Assembly: GCA_001662655.1 (NCBI GenBank)
Contig: KV460268.1
DNA: 51,254 bases
Reading direction: 5' to 3' (one strand)
DNA from: Pseudogymnoascus verrucosus
Lineage: Eukaryota
The notes under the pieces are model-generated. The model did no database searches. It was not told the DNA's origin and saw only the letters and a list, made by a program, of their open reading frames with translations. Below are positions 36,127-46,956 of this stretch, piece by piece (the stretch's first letter is position 1; the number at the start of each line of letters is the position of its first letter). A program made the position numbers and the translations under genes.

Positions 36127-36993
36127 TTACCGCTGTCCATATTCCCCCTCATCGACATCGGCATGGACCCCATCAAACCCAGCATTTCCTCGTATCTCTG
36201 CCAACCCTTTCGCCAACCCATAGTGCATGTTATACAGGTAATTTAACTCCAGAACAGATGGCCGCATGTTCAACACCACATCTCCGTTGGATTCGATGTT
36301 TACAATCAAAAGCATGCCGTCCTCCAAAGACCGTTGGTCGGCGAAAACCCATTGATTCAAACCCTTAAAAGTAACTGTAGCATGGACAGTCATATACATC
36401 CAATTGAAATCAGCATTCTCTACAAATCCTGCCTTCATGAAATCCTTAGGCTCTACACCAGCAGTCGCTGAATGCGGCGATGCCTCAAGAACGCCGACCT
36501 CACAGATTCCATCGTTGGAATCGTAGAAGTCGTAGGAAAGAATCCGAAGCTTGGTCCACAGGGCTCGATTGCGAGGTGTATCGAGAGGCGCGATACAAGT
36601 GTACCATGATAAGCTGGATACATCGCCCCTTGGGAAGTACTGCTTCACAGCGCGGTTATTCCAGACCGGTGGCGATTCTAAAGCACGTGCGTGGAATTGA
36701 TCTCGCAAAGTCTGCGGAGCTTGAATCCATTCAGAGACGAGCGCTCGTCTTTGATTGGCTTCATATTCCTGGCTTGCTTCTCCGGATGGTTTGGGTATCC
36801 ATTTTTCCTACGTCGATGTTAGCATAGTAGCCTCGGAGACCGTACAGTGGAAACAATTGATCGAGGGGCAAGATTTCACCTTCACAAATAGTTTCCAGCC
36901 ATTAGTCAATTCGTCGACTTTGTCATCGGCTGTAGGAACTCCGTCGAATTTGACGTACGATGGAATGCCGCCTGGCCAGTATGAGAATGGCAT
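36127..36993 (-). CDS. Uncharacterised protein with WPGGIP motif and HMG-box-like N-terminal segment; start uncertain
   Basis: Intron 36808-36879 joins YWPGGIP...TNGWKLFVK to EKWIP...RRALVSEWIQAPQTLRDQFHARA and the 193-aa ORF; frame stays open upstream to ~37170; no signal peptide seen. Confidence 0.7.
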
Positions 36994-37649
36994 ATTGAAG
37001 TGCCAAGAAGGGTGAGGACGGAGGACGGCTGCGAAGTCAAAATTGCGAAGTGGAGGTGGGTAATAGTAGTGCGAGTTGAGCAAGGATTCAAGCGAGGTTT
37101 CGGCGCTGATCCCTAAGTCATGAGGGCGAATAAATATATTTGAAAGAGTGTTCTGACTACGAGGTTTGATAAAAAGTCAAGGAGAATGGCCAGTCCACCG
37201 AATTTCGTAAGGTAACAGTGTGTTGTAATTGCTCTTTCGCCTGCCGTAACTCCTACTGTACCGAACATGTCACAGTACCCGTTGGACGGGCAGCCAAGTT
37301 TACTTAACATGTCCGCTGAAGCTTCGCAACTACGAACGCCCACTACTTCGCGGAATATAATGGCCAATAGTATATCATTTCAGCTGCTTGACCGGTTAGA
37401 CTATTAACCATAAATGGGGTTGCAATGGTTGCAAGGAGCTGGAAGGACTGAGAAGTTTGAATATCGTTTGTTTGGTTTTAGAGGTTTGGTTCCGTCGCTA
37501 AATCACGTAAACCTCTATATTCTGAATGATCCCAAAAATAGGAGCAAAGGCGCCCTTAATATGGTACGTAAGCTCAGACGGCTAAACTTCGGTGTTGATA
37601 CGAAAATGACGCCAAATTGACGCCAAACTGACACGAAAATGTTGCTTCG

Positions 37650-37701
37650 CCTCACTCACCCTGCTCACCCCACTCACCCTGCTCACCCCCAGGCTCACCC
37701 T
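37650..37701 (-). repeat. Subterminal CTCACC array, right end (inverted versus 24935-25024)
   Basis: CTCACCCTGCTCACCCCACTCACCCTGCTCACC...GCTCACCC. Confidence 0.8.
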
Positions 37702-37775
37702 TCAGGCGGCAAGGGGCCGCGATTCCACGCTATGCCTATTGGCACGATTGAGACTATTAGCAAGAGGATACGCAG

Positions 37776-37833
37776 GCTTGTGTATGGCAGAGCGGACGGG
37801 ATGCCCAATTCTCTTGAGTCTATGGTCGTATGT
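37776..37833 (-). rRNA. 5S rRNA gene, 5' half (interrupted)
   Basis: Reverse complement ACATACGACCATAGACTCAAGAGAATTGGGCATCCCGTCCGCTCTGCCATACACAAGC; its CTCAAG pairs with CTTGAG of the 3' half. Confidence 0.95.
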
Positions 37834-37903
37834 GACTGTTACTCTCATATCGAGCTACAACTAACTACTACCTTGCGGGCAGGAAACCCACAAACGAAGC
37901 AAA

Positions 37904-37966
37904 ACAAACAACAGTGAGTATTCGCTAGTGGTCCACCACCCAACTACTAATCCACCAGCCTCAAGT
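37904..37966 (-). pseudogene. Second 5S rRNA 3' half, degenerate
   Basis: ACAAACAACAGTGAGTATTCGCTAGTGGTCCACCACCCAACTACTAATCCACCAGCCTCAAG is colinear with 24712-24774 and breaks at the same position. Confidence 0.85.
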
Positions 37967-38275
37967 TAGCCTGTAGATAATAGTTAAATTGGTGCTCTCC
38001 AGCCTAGTGGGAAAGCCTAGCCGCCCTTGCCACCATTATGTGATGGCGACCACCTTAACATTCAAAAAATTGGTGATGTATTTCAGACGCGCTCTACCGC
38101 GACATTGGATGCCTACAGGTGAGCAAGGTGAGCGGGGTGAGATAAATGGGCGATGAAGGTGGGTACTGTTGAGTTAAGAAAATGGTATAAAGGGCTAGTT
38201 CCCCGCTTTCATATTTCACGGTCCTCTGTATGCAACTTTGTTTATTTTCTTTTATCTGCTACCATGACTGGAAAT
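37967..38275 (+). mobile_element. Terminal ~300 bp of a related, older 5S-targeting element (far end not found)
   Basis: Colinear similarity to 24775-25130 (GTTAAAT..GGTGC, GCCTAGT, GCCTA.AGGTGAG, TAAGAAAAT.GTATAAAGGGC, TTCATATT). Confidence 0.8.
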
Positions 38276-38680
38276 GCCCTGCAACATACCGAGCTGGACA
38301 GACAGTATAGCTTGGCTACCTAGGTATAGAGTCTACGTGTATCAAGGCAATTCGGCGCCAAATTCCATGATCTTCCAAATGTTTACTACGTCTCTATTCC
38401 GCGGGGATATCTTTTTAAGGCGATGGTCAGGTGGTGATTTTAACAATGTGTGGTTTGCCACTCACTCACCTAACCCGAATTCAATATACAGAGTGTTTCG
38501 TCTGCTCTAAGAGAGTTACTCCACGGAGATACTGGAGTGGTTCGGTCATAAGTGAATTGTGACGTCACCATCTCCCCTCTCTTTATAACTCACACACTAT
38601 CTATATTACATTCTTCCTGTCGAGTTACCTACCATCTAACCAGCATCCATGTGTTACTAAATAGATATCAAGAAAACAGC

Positions 38681-39040
38681 ATGCCATCAAACAAGCACTC
38701 CATCGACGTCGCCCATGTCAAAGATGGACACCCGCGCAGTGGGCAAGCTGTGCTGGTGGACCGGATCTGGCCGCGAGGCCAGCGCAAAGACGAGGCACCA
38801 TGGGACGAGTGGCTCAAGGCAGTAGCACCGACAACAGAATTACGCAAGTGGTATGGGCACGACCCAGACAAGCATGATGAGTTCGTCCGCCGTTATAGCA
38901 TTGAGCTTCAAGGTGACGAGCCAGCGGAGGCCTTTGAGCATTTGCGAAAGTTGCACCAGAGCGGAGACTTGACTCTGATGACCGCCACTAAGGACCTGGA
39001 GACAAGCCAGGCTAAGGTCCTTGCAGAAATGCTAGCTTAG
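38681..39040 (+). CDS. DUF488/YeaO-family protein (bacterial-type)
   Basis: VLVDRIWPRG..K......EWLKAVAPTTELRKWYGHDP..HDEFVRRY signature; intronless, 119 aa. Confidence 0.9.
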   Translation: MPSNKHSIDVAHVKDGHPRSGQAVLVDRIWPRGQRKDEAPWDEWLKAVAPTTELRKWYGHDPDKHDEFVRRYSIELQGDEPAEAFEHLRKLHQSGDLTLMTATKDLETSQAKVLAEMLA

Positions 39041-40559
39041 ATTGGCGGCTCAAGAGCAGTGAGAGGGTAGAGCGTGGAGCACTTGTGGCATCTTTCCTTT
39101 CTGAGCAAGTATCGTACCGTGTACATGCTTATTGAGAAGGGTAAGTTTCCCGAATCTCCACAAGCTAAGAACAGAATCCTGACCTATTCACCGTCTAGTC
39201 CATATAGCGCAAGCACTACTCTACCATGGAGCACATTGACGGCTGATGTATTATCAACTAGATAAAAATAATTGCTAGGGGTCTTAGCAAACTACACCTT
39301 TCAGCTCAATCCACTTCGTGCAATGTGGCATTGACTATGAGTAATTTTCTTAGTGTCACGAACTCTATCAAATATATATATTTTTCTTATTTTAGATAAC
39401 TTTGCAGCATGTAATTTCCTGACCGAGGGAGCACAAACCTCCTTTCCCTATTTGGAAATCAAATTTCCAGTAACGCTCGTGGACCTACGAACTCGGCTCG
39501 TTCAAAATCAATCCCAGTTATTCATGGTAGATCCAAGTAGATGAGACTGATCTGGACTATCTTGCGCCTTTACGGTCTGCGAGTAAAAATTGGCAGGATC
39601 GAATCTCTCAAAGCGCTCCCACAAGTCGTAAAAAAAACAAGCGCGATCTGGAGCACAGGACGAACTAGAACGTCCCATCCAACTTACCTCGCCTTGTTAC
39701 ATTTGATAGGTGTGGCTCTGGTTCTGCAATAACAACTGTGCTTAGCCGTTTGATTTCATACAAATCTTAGAAGAGGAAGAAAGATTGTAATCCTCTTGCG
39801 ACTAGGTGTAAGACACAGTATAGAGGCGATGGATTGCGTGGGGCTATCTAGACCTGGCGTTACAGTAGGTCCACTGTTTGTGGCTATTAGGTGATCCGCA
39901 TTATCTAATAGTGCCTTAGGACATGGACATTATTAACATGAGGAGATGGATTATTCAATTTAGGGGCCAAGTCTAACGCGAAAAAAAAATGTGTGCTACA
40001 TGACGCAGCGTTACAGGGGCGTGGTGAAGAGTTAGAAGAGGCACAGCGCGAGAGCGGGGATGGAGAAATATTGTTCTATACTGAAATTTAACTGAATATT
40101 CTTAATTTAAACACCTTGCACCTTATTAATGATTGCTAGCTGCAAATATTTGCTCCCCTGTTGACTGTGTTGAGAACATGCCTAGCAACTGTCATACTAG
40201 GGACAGACGCCAACTGTGGTGGTCAGTTAACGTTCATGTGCTTAAGGCTGTAGTTATCCAGTCGCGTACACCTGTTAGCAGCCTCAATGTAGCTGATCAG
40301 TTGTCTGTCAAACGACAATTGTAGCTGAGAGAGAAGAAGTATCCCATAGAGCAGGACAAGCTGCATGTAGAAGTAAGAGGCAGTCCTGCGCGTACATAAG
40401 CCGTGAATAGAGTCGTTAATGACAGGGCATAGTTCAGATATCTGCTATGAACCACGCCGTCCTCATAGCAAACAGAGGACGGAGGAGGCCATCCTAGTTA
40501 TCTATAGACATTGGCAATTTTGATATATCTGATATGGTAGCTTACGGCATTACGTCTAG

Positions 40560-42060
40560 TGAACTTTAGGCGATGTGCTTTTAAAGATCATATGAAATTT
40601 AGGTAGATGATGATATAGTAGCTATTAAGATAGAATATAGGTAGATGATGATATAGAAGCTCTTAGGGGCTAGGAGATTAACACTATAGTTATAACGTCT
40701 ATGTTTTTACTATCTTAGATTAAAAGCATAAACAGCTAAACATTATAGAACTACCTATGCTTTAAGTCTTTAAATAAGGAATGTATTAGGTTGTTTATAA
40801 TTCCCTTAAGAACATATATAACTACCTCTTTCTTCTAACACTTTAAATTTTATAGCTTAGTTATTTTACACTACTAGGGACTATATATGTAGCTTTAATA
40901 TTATTACTAATAGGATCTAGGATAAATGCTATATAGTAGTTAGGGTAGATATAGGCTCTTAGCCCTAGTGTACTATTATCCTTAGCACCTACTATAATAG
41001 TAGCTATATAGAAAGCATCTATAGCATCCTTATCTATATTAAACTTATTAGTAGATATAAGGGATTATAATGCTAATTCTAGCTTACCTAGTGTACTAAA
41101 AGTAATATATACTATAGATTTAGCATTACTAATAGTAATCTACTACTTAGGACACTAGCTACTAAAGCTAGTTATACTATTAGGGAAACTTACTAGCTAC
41201 TTAAATTTTAAAGGCTTTAGTGTCTATATATAGAAGTTAACAACTATATAGTACTTAACTATACTAACTTTAATAAGAGTGTAAGTAATAACTATTATAG
41301 GTAGAAAGATACTATTTTCTTAGTATAAGCTAGTAATTAAGTGTTATAGAATAAAAGATGCCTACTTAAAGCTATAGTAGAGAGCTTACTTATATATTAT
41401 AGGAGTAGTATCTTAATAGCTCTATTACCTCTATAAGGATACCTCTTTACTTAGGTTAGTTATAGTTATTATAAGGTAATAAGTAGACTTAGTACTATTA
41501 TAGTTTATTTATAACTATAAGCCTTAGGTACATAGTATAAGGAAGCCTTAGGTAAATAGAGAGTTAGCTAAGTTAGAGGGGTTTTAGGTATTTAAGGAAA
41601 TAGGAATAGAGGGTTCCCCCTTTATCTTTTTTATATCCTTTATAGTAGACCTATAGGATTATACTATAACCTATCTAACTTATACTCCTATATGCTATTT
41701 ATTATAAGTAGTGTCCTATGTCCTTATATAGTATAAGTAGCTATATAACCTATAAGAGATGTTTCTTATGTATTTCTTTCTATATCTCCTTTTCCTATAT
41801 CCTACCTAACCTACTATATACTCTTATATACAAACAAGCTCTACTTTAACTACTAAGAATATGACGTTAAACACTTAGGGAAGTAGCCCTAAGTTGCCTT
41901 ATTACTTACACTTTATAAGAATTCCTTAAAAGGCATTATTGTATCTATTATAAGACTATTATCTAAAGAAAGTATATTTTAGTATAGGTTAGACAAGAGT
42001 ATGGATCTTTAGAAGGTATTTAATTATGTAATTTAGAGTAGTAGTGCCCTTTTAGGCTTA
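40560..42060. other. Heavily RIP-mutated AT-rich tract
   Basis: Strong TpA excess with CpA/TpG depletion by eye; no ORFs. Confidence 0.85.
40861..41295 (-). pseudogene. RIP-destroyed glyoxalase/bleomycin-resistance (VOC) family gene
   Basis: Reads DAIDAFYIATIIVGAKDNSTLGLRAYIYPNYYIAFILDPISNNIKA; reversing transitions gives a VOC-type motif such as VDAF.AAA.AAGAKDNGAPG.R...HPNYYAAFVLDP.GNNIEA; ATG>ATA at 41295; several TAG stops. Confidence 0.8.
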
Positions 42061-42915
42061 GCTGGGCGTAATAAAACAGATAGATAGACCATAGATGAAT
42101 TTGCACGCTACAGCAGCTACAAAGCTGATGACGATCTCCTGCATGGTGGGTAAGACATTAAGAGCTTCGATAAGGCCCCATTATAAGTATCAGGTATACT
42201 CTGCTTTATGTCTGCTTTAAGTGCCTCCATTCAATTGTGGTGGCAATCCCTACACGATCCCGACCACACATCGGATGATAAATATAGTCCATCAAGTGGA
42301 ACAGGTGGCGGCGACGACTGAAGTCCAGTGAAGATGTCATTGGCAGACCAGTGGCCACCACCAACACTTCTCACTGCTGCCACGACCCACCGTCGACCTT
42401 TTTCACCACCGATGCCTTTCCGCTGCCTAAAACTTTTGCTACATAGCCCCAGCATACTCTTATTCCCCGTCCCAAATCGATAGATATCCGCTGTGAGCCG
42501 GGTAATCTCACCCATGTGCTGCAATCCGTGCAAGGCCCATGAGGAATAGTTCATTGCGCTTCAGCCTGTGATTTATGATACAGATGGTCTAGCTATAAAC
42601 GTAGATTTCGCTGTCAACTCAGTAACATCTTCGTCGCCATCGTCGCCTTCTTCTTCATCAACGCTGTGGCGGACATCTAGGGTGATCTTTAGCTACCGTG
42701 GGCCATGAAAAAGATAAAAGTATGTAAATTTATTAAGTATACATGCAATATACACATCTCCTCCACACCTTCCAAATAACATCCAACCCGAAACGAAACA
42801 TAAATGCCAAAAACGCGCTTGTATCCCAGAAGACCCATTTCCAAACGCCCTCCTACTCCATCCCGCTGTATAAAACTCAAATCCACTACTTCACATCGCT
42901 CACTTCACTGCTACC

Positions 42916-44261
42916 TCACATCTCCATCCTCCCAGCCGTGCTCTCACCCCCTCTCTGTCCTCCTCCTCCTTCCAACTCCTGTCTCCCTTCCATCCCCTGT
43001 TCCACTGGTCTCCTCTTCAACCCAGCCGCAGCACTCCTACTATCCAGCTCCCCTGGCAAAGCAGCCTGCGCATGCAACTCCCTATACTGCGCGGGTGGGG
43101 GGGGACTCCCATACGGCGGCAGCGGCGGCGGCGACATAGGACCCACCGGCACCGCGCTCGCCGGTACCGGGCTTTGCGTCTGCGTTTGCTGCGACTCAGC
43201 CTGGGACTGAGCCAGGCCATTCGGCGTCGCCGTGCCAGGAGCTCCCCCCTCGGCGTAGCCGGAGGATGCCAGGTTGCTGTTGGAGTAGCGACTGGAGCCG
43301 ACATTTCCCATTTCCGGGCGAGCGCCGTGTGGGGAATCGTAATACGCCATCCCGGTGCTGACGTACATTGGTCTATTCTCCGGCGGCTCGATGATAGGTG
43401 GTAGGTCAAACCTCGGTGTTCCCGCTGCTTTGTTTAGCTTGTACCGTTTTACGACGCTCCAGGAGAAGAAGAGGGCGAGGATTAGGGCGATGCCGCCGAT
43501 GACGATGCCGACGATTGAACGGTTGCTCAGCTTGACGCCGTGGTTGGTGGTGCTGGTGTCGTTGTTGACGGTTGTGGTGGTTGTGTTGGAGATGGCCGTC
43601 GAGGAGGAGCCGGATTGGGTGTAGGTTGGGTATTTTATGACGGTGTCAGAGACCCGAGTGGGGTTGGGCGCGCGATATGCCTACGCCCATTTGGGAGGAC
43701 TGTTAGTGTTGTCAGCATTGATGTTCGCGGTCTGGGTGAGATGAGGGAAAGGGAGAGGGGAGGCGTACAGCTGTCAGGATCTCGGTGGCGGGAACCCCTT
43801 GATCGGCGACGAGACAGACCCCCGTCGCCGCTGTAGGGGGCTATAGCGACTAGTCCGGGTTCACAGCAGAAATAGCGAGGGGAGTAGGGCCAGGGATACA
43901 TTTCCATTGACTGGTCCGCGCATGCTGGGAGTGTAAGAAGTTTGTTGAGGCAATCCACCGCTGCACAGTTCGTCAGTGTCCGTTATTGAGCGTAGCGCAG
44001 GAGAACGAGGAACAAACCAGTAGGGCAGCAGTACGATCCATATCACGTTCCAAAACACGTCTCTCCCGTCGGACAACAGCTGTTGTTGCTCGTGCCGCAT
44101 GAGCTGGACCACGCGCCGCTGCAGATGTCGGTGGTAGACCAGGCCCAGCCGCCGATGTATTCGGCGCGAGGATTGATGCTTTGGTCGACGGGGCGGGGAC
44201 GATGGGCTCCGGCGTGGGAGGTAGAGAGGAGGGAGGCGAGAGTGAGCGTCGAGGAGCGCAT
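42916..44261 (-). pseudogene. Single-pass Cys-rich/Ser-Thr-rich (Mid2-like) membrane protein gene with stop and frameshift
   Basis: Signal-like start, CCP repeats, S/T stalk, TM IVGIVIGGIALILALFF, tail with PPPY and ELD/ELE motifs; in-frame TGA at 44043-44045 and an apparent frameshift in the G-run near 43819-43823 (could be sequencing errors). Confidence 0.65.
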
Positions 44262-45129
44262 TGTGAGGCGGCGCGACGTGCGCCTGGTGTGTGTATACTC
44301 TGATAGGCTGTAGGGGGTTGACGACAGTTGATGGATGTAGTGCACGGCGTATTCATCGAAGAGCGGGTTGGAGAGCAACGGAGATTTGCTAGATGGAAGC
44401 TTCAGGTCTACTAGTTACTGTCAGTGCTCCATTGTTCTTCACCCGTTCTTCTCAACAAGGATTCAGTTTGCAGTGAGATAATAACCTCGATTCAAATTTC
44501 AGTGTCTTGTACACGATGCTTTGTTCTTATGCCTCAAACTTAATTGACAAAGTCCAGTGAAACAGCCTCGCCGATCATAATTCTTGAGCTCAGTTTGAAT
44601 GGTTAACGCCTTTCTCACAGTGTTGCTTGTGGCTGAGCTGAAAATCCATAATAGAGAATGATAACGTTCACTGAGTGGCCATGGTTTCGCATAATGATCA
44701 GCAGCTAAGATTCACTGACTCGGGCATGGTTTCAATATATCACCGCCTTTTTTCACTCGGAGATACTGGCTGATGTCTTGTTGTTGCCTTAGATACATTG
44801 TGTGTGGTGTCATCTCGCGAGAAGGTCATTAACTTAACTTAGTTTGAGTGGCCCTCGAGCGTCTGCTGCGCCACTCCCATAACGACATCCTAGAGCCGCA
44901 CCGTCCGACCCAGACACGACCTGCGTGCCGTCTGGCGAGAGGACCACTGATTGAGGCGCAGCATAGTCTTGGCTTTGCTTTATCCTTACTTTTGAACTCC
45001 TTAGCTTAAAACCTCGCGAGACTTAACCTTACTAGAACCTTATCCTGCCCTTTTAGTAGAGAGTACATCTACGGGCCTCGTGCCTTTGCCTTTTCGCATT
45101 TATCTTCCGGATCATCGAGTGCGAGCACC

Positions 45130-46347
45130 ATGGCACACAAACGAGCCCATAACAAGTCTCGCAATGGATGCAATCAGTGCAAGGCAAGGCACGTTAAGTG
45201 CGATGAAAGAGGGCCGCCTTGTACGGTTTGTGTTTCTCGACATACCGATTGCCATTATTCGCGGCCAACTGCATCACGACGTTCCGACTCTCGGGCAATT
45301 ACAAACGCCATCTCCGACTCCGCGAGTGACGGGCGTACTAGTTCCCCGATCAATATTTCCTTGACTGTAATGGACTCGACAGGCTTCAGCAATGAATCTT
45401 TGCCGCCATCGACGAGACTGAGAGAACTGGAGCTGATGCACTATTGGTGTACTAAAACATGTCACAGCTTCACAAGCAGACTCTCTGATTTGTTCCAAGG
45501 CTACGTTGTGGAAGAATCAATCAAGCATGACTTTCTCATGGAATCCATACTTGCACTTACTTGTCTTCACATCGCCAGCAAGCAAGAGGATCAAATTTCT
45601 GCAGCAAGCTATGCTAGCGAAGGGCTGCGATATCAGAACAACGCCGTCCGACCCTTCCACGCTGCTTTGCACAACGTTACTCCATCAAATTGTCATGCGA
45701 TATTTGCGTGCTCGGTAGTGACTATGGCCTGCACTATTGTGTCACCACTCCTCCCAACTAGCAATCACGAGAAAGTTACATCAACAATAGAAAGCTTTCT
45801 GCCTCTTTTTGATTTCGTCAAAGGAATTTCGTCAGTTGTCTACATCAGTCGCGAATGGCTAGAAGCCGGGCCTTTAGGGGCCATGTTCCACATGAAGGCA
45901 TTCGGAGCCCCTGATGACGTGGCTACAATACGGCCACCATTCCAACGCCTTAGGGCTCTCGTGATCAGCAACACAGCTACCGGCGAGATCAGTCCAATTG
46001 TACACGAAATTTATCTTCAGACAATAGACCAGCTTGAGGTTGCAACGATCAAGAACAACACTGTACCGTGGTTGGGCTTCGTAGGCAACGAGTTCATAGA
46101 AGAATTGCGGATGAGACAGCCTCTAGCATTAATCATTTTCATGTACTGGGGTGTTCTATTGAATCGGATGGAGGAGCTCTGGTGGGCAAAGTATTTAGGG
46201 AAAAGGCTCATAGAGGAGTTGTCCGAGGACTTGATTAGGCGTGGGAAGGAATGGGAGAAGGCTACTAGATGGGTTATGATTCTTGTGGATTCTGGAGCGA
46301 CATTATCTAGCGAATTTGAATCAGACAAAACTAGAATATTAAGATGA
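45130..46347 (+). CDS. Zn(II)2Cys6 transcription factor, Upc2/sterol-uptake-control-like
   Basis: RAHNKSRNGCNQCKARHVKCDERGPPCTVCVSRHTDCHY; ELELMHYW motif. Confidence 0.88.
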   Translation: MAHKRAHNKSRNGCNQCKARHVKCDERGPPCTVCVSRHTDCHYSRPTASRRSDSRAITNAISDSASDGRTSSPINISLTVMDSTGFSNESLPPSTRLRELELMHYWCTKTCHSFTSRLSDLFQGYVVEESIKHDFLMESILALTCLHIASKQEDQISAASYASEGLRYQNNAVRPFHAALHNVTPSNCHAIFACSVVTMACTIVSPLLPTSNHEKVTSTIESFLPLFDFVKGISSVVYISREWLEAGPLGAMFHMKAFGAPDDVATIRPPFQRLRALVISNTATGEISPIVHEIYLQTIDQLEVATIKNNTVPWLGFVGNEFIEELRMRQPLALIIFMYWGVLLNRMEELWWAKYLGKRLIEELSEDLIRRGKEWEKATRWVMILVDSGATLSSEFESDKTRILR

Positions 46348-46907
46348 TATGTATATAAGAATCAGTATACAGAGGGGTGTATAGTGTAATAGAATCAATT
46401 GAACTACATAATCTATCTACGGGTTCTACGTGCCACTCATAGGCCGGCCTAAATAGCCAGCTTAGGCTTCGCTGATGCTCCGTGGAGCTGGTGCAGTTAA
46501 CCAGACTTTCCGAAGTCTGGTTCAGCCCTAAGGTGAGCCTCCGAAGCCGGTTCAGCCCAGCTTCGGGCAGAGTGCCTTGGGTGGCTCTGTAGCCCCCCTG
46601 ACTCGTAATACGCGGCCCGGCGTTTCACAACACACCTTAGTTGACTTGGTGTCACGTGATGAAATATACCTCATCTGGTCGTATTTTCTACTTATATCTT
46701 CTATTCTGGATAATATGTCAGTCACTAGTTATATGGCTCCGCTTCTAGATTGAAATCTAGATTTTTTTCTAGTTTTCTAAATGCCCGATATCCCGAACTA
46801 AGTAGATTCGTAGCCAATCAGCTATCGCACAGTATATTATTGACTAGTCCATTATAGTGCATCATTCCTTGATTTTCAGGCTTAGATCCCTTGTCTCTTT
46901 TAAACTC

Positions 46908-46956
46908 AAACGCAAGCGAGTGCGCAAACGTATGCGAGTGCGCAAACGCAAGCGAG
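46908..46956. repeat. 18-bp tandem repeat (AAACG.A.GCGAGTGCGC) x ~2.7
   Basis: Read directly from the sequence. Confidence 0.7.

Larger units (their letters stand above)
24775..37775. mobile_element. 13-kb 5S-rDNA-inserted cargo element without a recognisable recombinase (non-autonomous Starship-like)
   Basis: Flanked by complementary 5S halves sharing a GC dinucleotide; offset imperfect TIR ATCCTCT.GC...GTGCCA (20/30 by hand); inverted GGTGAG arrays near both ends; three cargo genes. Confidence 0.85.

Noticed and set aside
24775..37775. DUF3435 captain or other integrase inside the element
   Set aside because: No ORF or remnant with tyrosine-recombinase motifs was visible. The unassigned gaps (~25140-26100, 37000-37650) are too short for a full captain, though a small decayed fragment cannot be excluded without an HMM search.
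42180..42680. ORF 42231-42554 and nearby acidic fragment
   Set aside because: No family motif and multiple stops in adjacent frames; cannot be assigned.
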